Positions 1-9,777 of a DNA stretch of 32,000 nucleotides are shown here, piece by piece; the first letter of the stretch is position 1, and each line of letters starts with the position of its first letter. Under the pieces are notes generated by a model. The model did not search any database. It had not been told where the DNA came from and saw only the letters and a list, made by a program, of their open reading frames with translations. The stretch comes from Acaryochloris marina S15 (GTDB lineage Bacteria; Cyanobacteriota; Cyanobacteriia; Thermosynechococcales; Thermosynechococcaceae). Where the stretch lies: assembly GCF_018336915.1 (NCBI RefSeq), contig NZ_CP064923.1:870001-902000 (forward strand), given 5' to 3'. The translations under genes were made by a program, and so were the position numbers.

Positions 1-473
1 GATGGGCGATTGCCAGAGAAGTTATTCTCATTTGCCTTGTCCATTTAGGTATCATGGCTAGTCTGAATTTTGATCCGGTTAAATTGGTATTCAGTTATTT
101 TCTACCCATTTGGATTGGTTATGCAGGAGCGCTGTTTTATATCTACACGAATCATATGTTGTCACCCATGACGGCCATTAATGATCCGCTAGTGAATAGT
201 GTTTCCCTGAAGGTTCCTAAGATATTTGATGTGCTGCATTTCAATTTTTCGTACCATACGGAGCACCACCTTTTTCCCGGAATGAATTCTGATTATTACC
301 CGCTTGTGCAGGAGTTGCTACTGAAGCTCTATCCTGAGCGCTTTCATTTACTTCCTGCGGGTCAAGTGTGGAAATTAATGTTGGAAACACCCAGACATTA
401 CGAAGATGAAAAGACTTTTACTACTTGGTCCGGTGAAGAGTCTATGACCTGTCCTTTGACGCTTGATCCCTAG
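1..473 (+). CDS. Membrane fatty-acid desaturase family protein, C-terminal part (5' end lies left of the window)
   Basis: The frame of the 54..473 ORF stays open back to nt 3, so the gene enters from the left. It carries the third histidine box of membrane desaturases (SYHTEHHLFPGMN) and hydrophobic segments upstream. Confidence 0.75.
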   Translation, partial: WAIAREVILICLVHLGIMASLNFDPVKLVFSYFLPIWIGYAGALFYIYTNHMLSPMTAINDPLVNSVSLKVPKIFDVLHFNFSYHTEHHLFPGMNSDYYPLVQELLLKLYPERFHLLPAGQVWKLMLETPRHYEDEKTFTTWSGEESMTCPLTLDP

Positions 474-474
474 G

Positions 475-708
475 ATGTCAAGGTTATGGGAAAAGTTAGA
501 TCAGGTACGGGTTGAGAATAGGCTTCGAGCTTTGATTGATTTAGGGCAGACCCTTGAAGATGCCTTACGGATTGTGCGAGAAGAGGAAAATATTGGGATG
601 ATGCATCTTTGGCCCGCGGTAGAAAGTGTTGCCCAAGTCAAGGCTCGTGAGGCAAAGCGCATAGTGATACGGGTTTTCCGGCCTCACTCTGATTTGGGAT
701 CACCTTAG
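475..708 (+). CDS. Small hypothetical protein (77 aa from the ATG at 475)
   Basis: The ORF starts right after the desaturase stop (471-473). I recognise no motif. The product is helical and charged. Confidence 0.3.
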   Translation: MSRLWEKLDQVRVENRLRALIDLGQTLEDALRIVREEENIGMMHLWPAVESVAQVKAREAKRIVIRVFRPHSDLGSP

Positions 709-736
709 GAGTTAGACCATCAGGGCTAACATCAAA

Positions 737-1186
737 ATGAAGAAGATATTGATAGTGTGTCTTTTCGTATTGGCTGGGTGCCGACCAAGCGTGGAAAAGC
801 GGATGAGATCTAGCGGTTCAACTGTTCTACGTAATCCAAGAGAGAAGGCTATTTTTGACTATTTCTATGCATTGCGAGAGCGGCGTTATGAGGACGCCTA
901 TCAACTTCGTGCCTTGCACCTTAGCTCGTCTCTTCCTTCCTCCCAGGATTTCTTGTATTTCAAGAAAACCCATCAGGAGAAGCATGAATCTTTGGCAACT
1001 CAAATTACCGTTGGTGGGGAAGAAAGAGGGTATGGAGATGGTCCCTGTGAATGCGTTTATACCGTTTACGCTGTTGAACCAGGACATACCACTTTAGTGA
1101 GTGGTATGGTCAGCACCCATTCAAAACCTGGTCAACCTGAAGTGTGCCTGATTGGCTATAATTCTGCGTTTGGCTTTTCTCCTTAG
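737..1186 (+). CDS. Putative lipoprotein, function unknown
   Basis: The N-terminus MKKILIVCLFVLAGC has a signal peptide followed by a lipobox (LAGC). Confidence 0.6.
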   Translation: MKKILIVCLFVLAGCRPSVEKRMRSSGSTVLRNPREKAIFDYFYALRERRYEDAYQLRALHLSSSLPSSQDFLYFKKTHQEKHESLATQITVGGEERGYGDGPCECVYTVYAVEPGHTTLVSGMVSTHSKPGQPEVCLIGYNSAFGFSP

Positions 1187-1213
1187 AGGCATCTCTTATA
1201 GCGATTGAGATTG

Positions 1214-1410
1214 ATGCATCCATCTGTTCAGAAGAAAGAACTGATCAGAAGAAAGAACTGATTACCAAACTAGCAAAGCAGTTGGTCATAGAAGCTCTGT
1301 CGATTGTGCACCAGTTTGATCATCCCTGCAATCAGATGTATGCTTTTGCGTTGATGACTCCTGCTGAGGGGACAGGTATTGGGGTTGCGATCGCAACTAA
1401 ACAAACCTGA
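1214..1410 (+). pseudogene. Small ORF disrupted by a 17-bp tandem duplication (possible remnant of a DUF4303-like gene)
   Basis: From ATG 1214 the frame hits TGA directly after the duplicated unit. Removing one 17-bp copy restores a 59-codon frame, MHPSVQKKELITKLAKQLVIEALSIVHQFDHPCNQMYAFALMTPAEGTGIGVAIATKQT*. The family guess is from memory only. Confidence 0.3.
1229..1262. repeat. Perfect 17-bp tandem duplication (cagaagaaagaactgat x2)
   Basis: Read directly: 1229-1245 is identical to 1246-1262. Confidence 0.95.
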
Positions 1411-1485
1411 GCAATAGTCGCTCAATCCTATCTTCAAAGGCTATCAGGCACAACAGGCGATACGCTGGCCTTACTATGCCTGAGT

Positions 1486-2412
1486 CTACTTCTTCTTTTC
1501 CCGACTGAGCAACGCCACACTAAAAGTGACTAAAATAACGCCGAGAATTTGGAGTGGATTGAGGGTTTCTTGAATGGCAAACCAAGCCAAGACAACTGTT
1601 AATGCTGGATTGGTAGCCCCGATGATAGATGCCGTGGTGGCCCCAATCAGACGAATGCCCATATTGTTGAGCAGGTGACCACTGGACGTGGCAATGGCAG
1701 ACAACAAGCCCCCGATCCATAATGGTCCCCACTCAATTGCCTCAGGCTGCGTCCAGAACAGCAAGCTTATGCAGGACAAGACCAGCGTGACCGCGAAGCT
1801 AATCCAGGTATAGGGAACAGGATGAACCTGCTCAAAGCTTTTTTGAGCGAGAACCGTATAGATGGCATAGGCAACCCCAGATGCAATCCCTAATCCAACC
1901 CCCAACGCATTGGCCGTTAGTCCAGTTTGGGGAACGGTAAGAGCACTGCCGAACAGGACTAATCCCATCACCATCCAGCGAAATCGGGAAGGTGCATCGC
2001 CAAAGAAGTACCAGGAGAGGAGAGCCGTAAAAACGGGAAAGGTGAAAAATAAGGTTAAGGCGATTCCAGTGGGAATCAAGCCCACAGAAAAATAGAGGAG
2101 TGCTAGGTAGAGATACATAAATACTCCCCCTAACAGCGATCGTATGAGATCAGGACGATTCTGCTTTTGACTCAGCTTTTTTAAATCCCACCAAAGCGCC
2201 GGATAAAACAATGGGGTCATGGCCGATACCAACGGCACCACCAGGACCATCCGCATTGCCATTAACAAAAAAGAGTTAGGGAGAGAAGGGACAACGAATC
2301 CTCCTGTTTGTAGCAGGCCAGCAACGGTATATTCGTTAAACAGAATGCGGACGATAACGTTCTGAAAACAAAAGAAGACTGCGCCCAGTAAGACGATCAG
2401 AAAACCAATCAT
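1486..2412 (-). CDS. EamA/DMT-family transporter
   Basis: 308 aa with about 10 predicted TM helices and the two-fold internal EamA-type organisation. The glycine-rich helix ends are typical of drug/metabolite transporters. Confidence 0.8.
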   Translation of the reverse strand: MIGFLIVLLGAVFFCFQNVIVRILFNEYTVAGLLQTGGFVVPSLPNSFLLMAMRMVLVVPLVSAMTPLFYPALWWDLKKLSQKQNRPDLIRSLLGGVFMYLYLALLYFSVGLIPTGIALTLFFTFPVFTALLSWYFFGDAPSRFRWMVMGLVLFGSALTVPQTGLTANALGVGLGIASGVAYAIYTVLAQKSFEQVHPVPYTWISFAVTLVLSCISLLFWTQPEAIEWGPLWIGGLLSAIATSSGHLLNNMGIRLIGATTASIIGATNPALTVVLAWFAIQETLNPLQILGVILVTFSVALLSREKKK

Positions 2413-2844
2413 ACTCTGGGGTCACTCATAAATCTGCCGCTACTAAGGTTTTGTTGATTTTAGGTAAGGCAGCATTCATGTTTTACAAACAATCAATGGG
2501 GTTACGAAAGGGATGATCAAAATTTATTCTTGAGAATAGTTTTGCAGGGGATTTTTCTGAATACTATTTGTATCGTTTTATAGGTATAACACATAGAAAA
2601 TCTACAAAATAAATCTATGAAGTCTTTATGAGAAAGTGAGCTCAATAAAATTCTTTTAGATAATATGAAAGCCTAAAATAATGATGAAAAGCTGGGCAGT
2701 AATCTTTGATGGCTGAATGGCTCTAGAAAAACTCATATATTCCTCATAAAAACTCATTTGATCTTCAGGCTCCCCTTATCCCACTTCTCTTAACTGTATA
2801 AGTGTAGGTTTTTAACCGACCCATTGATTTCTGGAGTTCTGTGT

Positions 2845-3147
2845 ATGAAAGTCAAATATCTAGCATTACTGGCATCTACCTCTATGTTGACTGTTGGGGT
2901 CGCTACAACGACTCTAATTTCTCCCCCAACCCATGCTAATCCTTGCGCTGCAGCTGCCGTGGATAATCCCTGTGCTGCCAAGAACCCCTGTGCTGCTAAA
3001 GACCCTTGTGCTGCTAAGAATCCCTGTGCTGCTAAAGACCCTTGTGCTGCTAAGAATCCCTGTGCTGCCAAAGATCCTTGTGCCGCTAAGAATCCTTGTG
3101 CTGCCAAAGATCCTTGTGCTGCCAAAAAAAATTGGAAACGCTATTAA
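2845..3147 (+). CDS. Secreted cysteine-rich hexapeptide-repeat protein, about ten (N/D)PCAAK units
   Basis: ATG 2845 is preceded by ctggag. The signal peptide is MKVKYLALLASTSMLTVGVATTTLISPPTHA. It is followed by NPCAAAAVD-NPCAAK-NPCAAK-(DPCAAK-NPCAAK)x3-DPCAAK-KNWKRY. Confidence 0.7.
   Translation: MKVKYLALLASTSMLTVGVATTTLISPPTHANPCAAAAVDNPCAAKNPCAAKDPCAAKNPCAAKDPCAAKNPCAAKDPCAAKNPCAAKDPCAAKKNWKRY
2937..3126. repeat. Tandem DNA repeat with 18-bp period (36-bp super-unit) encoding the PCAAK repeats
   Basis: Near-identical units aatccctgtgctgctaaagacccttgtgctgctaag are repeated head to tail. Confidence 0.9.
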
Positions 3148-3285
3148 TTAATATGCAGTCATGAGGATGCTAAAAGTGCAGAAATATCTCTTGCTTGTGT
3201 AAGTATCTTCAAGTTTTTGAGTTGTCAGTCACAGCTGTTTGTTAATACTAAGTTGTGGCTGATACATTATTTTGGAGAACAATCC

Positions 3286-3501
3286 GTGAACCCCAATACT
3301 CTGGCTAAAATCTCCTTATCTTCTATCGTACTTTTGGGTACGGCTTCTACATTATCTTCCATTGCTCACCCTGGAGGAATAGCGGTTGCTAATCCAGTCT
3401 CTGAATCCACTTCCCTAGCTGCTGCAATTTTTTCGGAGAAAGGGATTGCCATTCGTGGAACGGAGCCAGTGGCATATTTTGCAGAGGGACGTTCTAGCTA
3501 G
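3286..3501 (+). pseudogene. Truncated YHS-like periplasmic protein (signal peptide plus the first ~20 residues of the domain)
   Basis: GTG 3286 follows ggaga. The signal peptide is ...LSSIVLLGTASTLSSIAHP. The sequence KGIAIRGTEPVAYFAEG resembles the 'GYDPVAYF' start of YHS-domain-like proteins, which normally continue for about 100 more residues. Here the frame stops at 3501. Confidence 0.4.
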
Positions 3502-3541
3502 GGGGTTCAAGACTATGCTTAGAACATTAACCTTTTCCTCA

Positions 3542-3731
3542 AGGTGATATTGTTAGCCCTAACCTGCTTCCACTAAAGCTTTTTTGACTTCAGGCAAGGC
3601 ACTCTTCATTTTGCCTAGCCAGCCGATCAGGCTTTCCCATTGGCGATCAGCTTTCATGACACCAAGGCTCCGCACCGTCACCTTGCCTGGGAAGAATACG
3701 AACCGCGATCGCAAATATTTAACAAGTTTTC
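3542..3731 (-). pseudogene. Relic copy of the mfd 3' end (last ~52 codons plus stop)
   Basis: About 80% nucleotide identity to 4729-4921. The minus-strand translation is ...[51 protein letters not shown]. The real Mfd tail is ...[51 protein letters not shown]. Confidence 0.85.
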
Positions 3732-3994
3732 TGGCGTTTGCATGAAGTCGGCACTGATTCAGAGCAAAGAAGCTTGAAAACTTTATGGAGTGGAGATTAT
3801 CATTCTTGAGATTCCTAAAAATGACTTCCTAATTACAGCAAACTACTGGATAATATGCCCTATGGTTGGAGTTATTCGACTTTCGCTTGATAATACTCTT
3901 ATCTCGGATTTATACAGTTATTGGCGGATAATACCCTCTCAACAGGAGTTATCAGCCGTTATCCATATAATTAATAGTTATTTCTCCATAAAAT

Positions 3995-4456
3995 ATGCCA
4001 CGGAGAAAACAATTTAAAAGCATCGCAGATAATATAAATCAATGGATACTGAGTAGAAATTTCGATGCTCAAGGATATTGGGCTGTTGGAAAGCTGTACA
4101 AGTTTTCTGAAGAAAAAAGCACAAGAAAAGTAGTTTTGGATTTGAAATTGAACACAATAACTCCAGAGTCCAAGGATGGAGAATTTAGTGCTGTTATTAA
4201 AGAAATTTCCCAACTGCTCCATCGAAGCATGAAGTCAAATAAGATGCCAGAATACTGGTTACAAGAAGCCACAGTAACGTTTAGCTTCAACGTATCTTAT
4301 CAGGCTAAATATCATTACTGGGGTTCAGCTCTTGGTCAACCATTCATTTGCTCGATTTACATAAAAACAGATCTCGGAAGGGTCTATATCCGTGAAAATG
4401 GATGTAATTGTTGGATTCATGACCCTAAAAAAGAATTACGTCGTTATGGATTCTAA
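3995..4456 (+). CDS. Hypothetical protein (153 aa) in an AT-rich insert
   Basis: This is the longest ORF between the two mfd-tail copies. Its base composition is much more AT-rich than the flanks. I recognise no motif. Confidence 0.45.
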   Translation: MPRRKQFKSIADNINQWILSRNFDAQGYWAVGKLYKFSEEKSTRKVVLDLKLNTITPESKDGEFSAVIKEISQLLHRSMKSNKMPEYWLQEATVTFSFNVSYQAKYHYWGSALGQPFICSIYIKTDLGRVYIRENGCNCWIHDPKKELRRYGF

Positions 4457-4746
4457 AAATATTTGTCAGAGCAGAGCTAGAGACGCTTTAAACTTTTTTT
4501 GCATTTATCCTGTATTGGAGTCATGCTGGTTAAACCATGTGAGCCTTTTACTTAAATTGGTTGATCATCTTTCGCCTATAAAGTCTTGTCAGTCTGTGCT
4601 GTAGTCTAACCATGGCATGCAGGCAGGACTCTCAAATCATGCTCTTGGTCAACGCATATTAAAATAATTCTCGTGCCCCTGATGCCGAGCCGTTATGCTG
4701 TGGATGTCAGGCAATTAACCTATTGCTCAGGGTGATAACCTTAGCT

Positions 4747-7700
4747 CTAAACTGCTTCCACTAAAGCTTTCTCGATTTCAGGTAAGGCCCCCTTCATCTT
4801 GCCGAGCCAGTCGATCAGGCTTTCCAATTGGCGGTCGGCTTTCATGACGCCGAGGCCCCGTACCGTCACTTTTCCGGGGAAGTATACGAAACGCGATCGC
4901 AAATGTTCAGGTAAGTTTTCCTTCAAAAGTTTAAAGGCAGGTTCTTCCATCGGCGTTTCCAGCATTACATGTTGTTTATCCTCTGGTTTGATGCGCGAGA
5001 ACCCTAAGGATTTCGCCACCTGTTTCAGCTCCATAATCCGCAAAAGCTGTTGGGCCGAATCGGGAATCGGACCATAGCGATCGTTCCAGTCCACAGCGGT
5101 TTGGGTAAGGTCGGCTTTTGTCTCTGCCGAGGCCACCGCTCGATAGGCACTCATCTTTTGATCTAAATCGGTGATGTAATCGGCAGGGATAAAGGCGGTT
5201 AGGTTGAGATCCACCTGCGCTTCGTCCACCTGCGGGATTTCTTGGCCGCGAATTTCATTAATGGACTCGTCCAGCATTTCCATATACAGATCAAAGCCGA
5301 TGGCCTCCATTTGCCCTGACTGTTCTGCCCCTAGCAAATTACCGACGCCGCGAATTTCCATATCCCGAACCGCTAACTGGTAGCCGGACCCGAGCTGGCT
5401 AAATTCTTGCAAAGCCCGGAGTCGCTTGCGAGCCTTCTCCGTTAGAGAACTTTGATTGGGATAAAACAACCAGGCATGGGCTTGAATCCCGGCCCGACCC
5501 ACCCGACCTCGAAGCTGATAGAGCTGGGAGAGGCCAAACTTTTGGGCATCTTCAATCAAAATCGTATTCACTCGGGGAATATCCAGGCCCGATTCAATAA
5601 TGGTGGTACAGACCAGGATCTCGGCATCGCCATTGCTAAAGGTCAGCATGGTTGCTTCTAGCTCCCCTTCCACCATTTGACCGTGGGCAATGGCAATTCG
5701 GGCACTGGGCACCATTTCCCGCAGCTTACCTGCGACTTCTTCGATGCCTTCCACTCGGGGCACCACATAGAAAATCTGTCCCCCTCGGTCTAGTTCTTGG
5801 CGCACGGCACTACGGATCGATTCCGAGTCGTAGGGAGAAAGATGGGTTTTGATCGGACGGCGAGAAGGAGGCGGGGTGGTAATCAGGCTCATTTCTCGAA
5901 CGCCAGACAGGGCCATATATAGAGTTCGAGGGATAGGCGTAGCGCTGAGGGTGAGAACATCTACTTGGGTTTTCAGGGTTTTGATTTTCTCTTTTTGGTT
6001 GACCCCAAACCGCTGTTCTTCGTCGATGACGAGTAGGCCCAGGTCTCGGAAATTCACACTCTTGCCCAGCAGTTGATGGGTGCCAACGACAATATCTAGC
6101 TCTCCAGTTTTGAGACGATTTTGGACATCTTTCCGTTCTTCGGCACTGCGAAATCGGTTGAGAAGGCCAATTTGAATGGGGTAGGGGGCAAATCGTTCTT
6201 TCAGAGTGTGGTAATGCTGCTGGGTCAGAATGGTTGTAGGTGCGAGGAAAGCCACCTGTTTACCTGCGGTCACTGCTTTGAATACAGCACGGGTTGCAAC
6301 TTCGGTTTTACCAAATCCAACATCACCACAAACGAGTCGATCCATGGGGCGAGGATTTTCCATATCCCGTTTGACATCTTGGGCAGCTTTAAGCTGATCG
6401 GCAGTGGGCTGATAAGGGAAAGAGTCTTCCATCTCTTCTTGCCAAGGCTGATCGAGGGGAAAGGTAAATCCCTCCTGCTGGGCTCGCTGGGCATAGAGCT
6501 TGAGCAGATCTACCGCCAGCTTTTTAATGGCCTTGCGAACCTTATTCTTGGTTTTCTCCCAGGCTTTCCCAGACATTTTATTGAGCTGGGGACGACCTTC
6601 GCCGGTATTGCGGAATCGAGATAAGGTGCCCAACTGATCCGCCGCTACCCGCAAAGTGCCATCGGCGTATTGCAATACCAAATATTCACGGGTTTCGTGA
6701 TTTAGAGTCAGGCTCTCTAACTTGAGGAACTTGCCAATCCCGTGATTGCGATGGACGACAAAATCCCCAGGCTGGAGTTTATTGGGGTCGACCTGTTTAG
6801 ACGTTGCCCGCCGTCGCTTGCGAATATAGGTGGGAGTCGCTAGGGTATGCTGACCGAAAAATTCCCGGTCTGTAATTACCACCGTGCGGAAGGTGGGCAG
6901 CACAAAGCCTTCTAGTTCAGCTAACCCGGAATACTTGAGGGCAACGGGGGTGCGCTGCTCCTGCAGTTTGTCGATGGCAAGGAAATCTTTGGGGTTAGGG
7001 ACAAACTGGGCGGGGCAGTCATGCTCCTGCAACAGGGCCACGGAACGAGAGGGCTGAGCCGAGATTAGCCAGATACTGAATTTGCGATCGCGCTCCCCCC
7101 TAATCGTCTCCGCCAACTTGCCAAACTGGTGAGGCACCGCAGGTACCGTCCGACTGGACAGGTTTAAGCCCCCTTTCTCCTCTGCCAACTCCGACAGAAA
7201 TATCCGCTCAAACACTTCAATTTGTTCTAGTGCGGCCTCAAAATTCTGGTGCACCTTGGGTAATGGAGTGTCTGGTAGACTGACGGACTCCCATTGCTCT
7301 TGGGCATGTTCCACCCAGCGGTTGCTGTGGGGCAGACATTGATTGGGCTCATCGACCACCACCAATGTATTCTCTGGCAGGTAATCCAATAGAGAAGCAG
7401 GTGTCTCAAAGGCCATGCCTAGAAAACGCTGACTGCCTTCTAAGGTCCCGGTTTCTAATAGAGCCAGTTCTTCTTCGGTTAAGTAGGTTTTGACTTGGGT
7501 TTGCTGGGCCTCACTTAGGTTAGCTAAGGTGATTGGCGCAAAGCTAGTGGGGGTCAGGGTGAGCTTTTCACTACTATCTAAGGAGCGCTGACTAGTGGGG
7601 TCAAACTCCCGCATTTTGTCCAGCTCGTCCCCGAACCACTCCAAACGAATGGGCAGCTCGGAGGCCACGGGAAAGATATCGACAATGTCCCCCCGCCGAC

Positions 7701-8241
7701 TCCATTGGCCTTCGGTTTCCACCAGGGATACCCGTTCATAGCCGAGTCGAGCTAACTTATCGCTCAGGGTTTTTAGGTCTAGCTCAATCCCGGATTCCAA
7801 ACTTAAGCAATAGGGTTCGAAGACCTGCACGGGCGGCAAGTGGGGTTGTAAGGCCCGTTCCGTGGTCACAATCGCTAAGGGCTTAGCCTCTGGATTGGCA
7901 TTCAGTTTTAGGGTCTCGGCCAAAACCTGCAATTGTCCCCAGATCATCTCGGATTCTCGATCTAAGGATTCATAGGGGGAAGCTTCTGAGGTGGGGTAAA
8001 AATAAACGGTCTGCCAGCCCATGGCTTCTAGCTGAGTGGCCCAGCGTCCGGCTTCTTCTAGGGTGGCGGTGACTACAAACAGATGCTGCTGTTGCTGTTG
8101 GGCTAGGGCAGAGGCGACCAGTCCCTTCGGCAAGCGAGGCACACCACATAAATCCAAGAACCGCTGCTCTTTCAATTTCAGCAGCAACTCTTCCGACAGG
8201 CGGGAACGCCCTAATGCTTGCACTATGGCAGAAAAACTCAT
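4747..8241 (-). CDS. mfd: Transcription-repair coupling factor Mfd
   Basis: 1164 aa with a UvrB-like N-terminal region and a CarD/TRCF RNAP-interaction region ([12 protein letters not shown]). Superfamily-2 helicase motifs are present: [11 protein letters not shown] (Walker A), DEEQRFG (DExx) and QLRGRVGR (motif VI). A TRCF C-terminal domain follows. Confidence 0.97.
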   Translation of the reverse strand: MSFSAIVQALGRSRLSEELLLKLKEQRFLDLCGVPRLPKGLVASALAQQQQQHLFVVTATLEEAGRWATQLEAMGWQTVYFYPTSEASPYESLDRESEMIWGQLQVLAETLKLNANPEAKPLAIVTTERALQPHLPPVQVFEPYCLSLESGIELDLKTLSDKLARLGYERVSLVETEGQWSRRGDIVDIFPVASELPIRLEWFGDELDKMREFDPTSQRSLDSSEKLTLTPTSFAPITLANLSEAQQTQVKTYLTEEELALLETGTLEGSQRFLGMAFETPASLLDYLPENTLVVVDEPNQCLPHSNRWVEHAQEQWESVSLPDTPLPKVHQNFEAALEQIEVFERIFLSELAEEKGGLNLSSRTVPAVPHQFGKLAETIRGERDRKFSIWLISAQPSRSVALLQEHDCPAQFVPNPKDFLAIDKLQEQRTPVALKYSGLAELEGFVLPTFRTVVITDREFFGQHTLATPTYIRKRRRATSKQVDPNKLQPGDFVVHRNHGIGKFLKLESLTLNHETREYLVLQYADGTLRVAADQLGTLSRFRNTGEGRPQLNKMSGKAWEKTKNKVRKAIKKLAVDLLKLYAQRAQQEGFTFPLDQPWQEEMEDSFPYQPTADQLKAAQDVKRDMENPRPMDRLVCGDVGFGKTEVATRAVFKAVTAGKQVAFLAPTTILTQQHYHTLKERFAPYPIQIGLLNRFRSAEERKDVQNRLKTGELDIVVGTHQLLGKSVNFRDLGLLVIDEEQRFGVNQKEKIKTLKTQVDVLTLSATPIPRTLYMALSGVREMSLITTPPPSRRPIKTHLSPYDSESIRSAVRQELDRGGQIFYVVPRVEGIEEVAGKLREMVPSARIAIAHGQMVEGELEATMLTFSNGDAEILVCTTIIESGLDIPRVNTILIEDAQKFGLSQLYQLRGRVGRAGIQAHAWLFYPNQSSLTEKARKRLRALQEFSQLGSGYQLAVRDMEIRGVGNLLGAEQSGQMEAIGFDLYMEMLDESINEIRGQEIPQVDEAQVDLNLTAFIPADYITDLDQKMSAYRAVASAETKADLTQTAVDWNDRYGPIPDSAQQLLRIMELKQVAKSLGFSRIKPEDKQHVMLETPMEEPAFKLLKENLPEHLRSRFVYFPGKVTVRGLGVMKADRQLESLIDWLGKMKGALPEIEKALVEAV

Positions 8242-8655
8242 GATTGCTTATTTCCCTGCTGCGATCGTCTGCAGCACCCTTTTTTTCAACGCTTCATCAC
8301 ACCATAGGATAGCAAGGTCAGGCAGGCCGTGCTCGATGATTTGCTGTGGTACAGATTCTTATGACTTATCTTTAGGGGATGTCAGTTAAGGTAAACCCCT
8401 AACATTTCTAGTACTTGTGGAATATCCACTAATGGCAATCGGACCAAGAGTTGTTTGCTGCCAATATTAGGAATTGATATTTTGCTCACTCCGACTACGC
8501 CGCTTCCTGAAACAACCTTAGAAGAGATGATGGGCCATAGTGCACATAATTACCCCGAAATTAGCATTGATAGGGCCAGTCAGATGCCCAACCCTCCATG
8601 CCAACGGACAAAATTTTCAAGTTATAATCAAGCCCAACATCATCTCACCTAAATT

Positions 8656-9324
8656 TTGAGTTCCTCCGTTCACCACCGCAAAGCCCAAGGCGAGCAAACC
8701 CGTAGAGCCATTTTGCAATGTGCCATGAATTTGGCTTCGGTCGATGGCCTGACCGGACTCTCCATTGGCGGTCTCGCTAAAGAATTGCAGATGAGCAAAA
8801 GTGGCTTGTTTGCCCATTTTGGGTCCAAAGAAGCGCTGCAACTAGCAGTCATTGAAGGGGCTCGTAATTTAGTGTTACGAGAAGTTGTCCGGCCTGCCCT
8901 ACGCGCTCCCAAAGGTTTACCGCGTTTATGGTCTCTCTGCGAAGCCTGGCTGCATTATACGGAGCAGAAACTGTTTCGAGGGGGATGTTTTTTTGCCGCC
9001 ACCTCTACTGAATTTAATAGTCGCCCTGGCCCCATTCGCGATCGCTTAGCCGAAATTATGGCTGAGCGCCAACAAACTTATGCCCGTCTGATTACGAGAG
9101 CACAACAGGCTGGAGATATTCATAATAGTGTTGATCCTGATCAGCTAGCTTACGAGCTAGATATGCTGCTATTCGGGACAAATTGGGCGTATCAACTGTA
9201 TGGAGATGGGGATGTGATTATGCGATCGCAAAAAGCAATACATCATCGCTTAAGGTCGGTATGTACTCATCCAGAAGACTTTGAATTTGAGGTGACGCTA
9301 CCATTGCCATCTGCAGGTCCCTAA
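8656..9324 (+). CDS. TetR/AcrR-family transcriptional regulator
   Basis: The N-terminal HTH (TRRAILQCAMNLASVDGLTGLSIGGLAKELQMSKSGLFAHFGSKEAL) is typical TetR_N. A TTG start is assumed because the first ATG would cut into the HTH. The exact start is uncertain. Confidence 0.85.
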   Translation: MSSSVHHRKAQGEQTRRAILQCAMNLASVDGLTGLSIGGLAKELQMSKSGLFAHFGSKEALQLAVIEGARNLVLREVVRPALRAPKGLPRLWSLCEAWLHYTEQKLFRGGCFFAATSTEFNSRPGPIRDRLAEIMAERQQTYARLITRAQQAGDIHNSVDPDQLAYELDMLLFGTNWAYQLYGDGDVIMRSQKAIHHRLRSVCTHPEDFEFEVTLPLPSAGP

Positions 9325-9488
9325 GGGTGTTGGTTAGGAATTACAACTGGACTATCAGCAAGTTGTTGAGGAGAGCAGCTTGATGAAGCTTGACTGCTGC
9401 GCTCACCTAGCCAAAAGGTGATGGGTCCCACTAAACCAAAAATTACAAACGAAGAAGCAAGGATAACCTTTTTAGAGCTTGCATTCAT
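9321..9488 (-). CDS. Possible small membrane protein (55 aa from ATG 9488)
   Basis: MNASSKKVILASSFVIFGLVGPITFWLG contains one TM helix. There is no other support. It is convergent with the TetR gene and overlaps its stop. Confidence 0.25.
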   Translation of the reverse strand: MNASSKKVILASSFVIFGLVGPITFWLGERSSQASSSCSPQQLADSPVVIPNQHP

Positions 9489-9777
9489 ATTTGTTATACC
9501 CCCATCGAACTTTAACAATTTATTATTCTTTACTTAACCAATGAAATCATAAAGGTCAGATTTTATCATATTTGTCATTTTATTTTAATATTTACTGAAA
9601 AATTAAGTAAATGACGCTTTTAAGAGGTAGTGGTCAACAATATCCTTTATCTAAAAGAATATATTGCGACTATTCAAGTATGGATAGCCGTGCTAGCCCC
9701 CCATGAATACCGACAATATGCCCAATCCCATCTAGAGAAACGACACGCTGCAATGCTTCCTGTCCATGGGCTTGAAA

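Noticed and set aside
827-1097. ORFs 827..1087 (-) and 855..1097 (+) inside the lipoprotein gene
   Set aside because: They are nested in, or antisense to, the 737..1186 ORF. That ORF has a proper signal peptide and lipobox.
2790-3151. ORFs 2790..3125 (-) encoding AAQGSLAAQGFL repeats and 2933..3151 (+) encoding LVLLRIPVLLKT repeats
   Set aside because: These are alternative-frame and antisense readings of the same 18-bp tandem repeat. Only the 2845..3147 frame has an SD, an ATG and a signal peptide.
4799-8389. Several plus-strand ORFs (for example 4799..5077, 6121..6624 and 8036..8389) and two minus-strand alternate-frame ORFs (6270..6494, 7227..7409) inside or overlapping mfd
   Set aside because: They lie antisense to, or out of frame within, a gene with unambiguous Mfd motifs along its whole length. 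Their translations are low-complexity and Arg/Ser/Gly-rich with no motifs.
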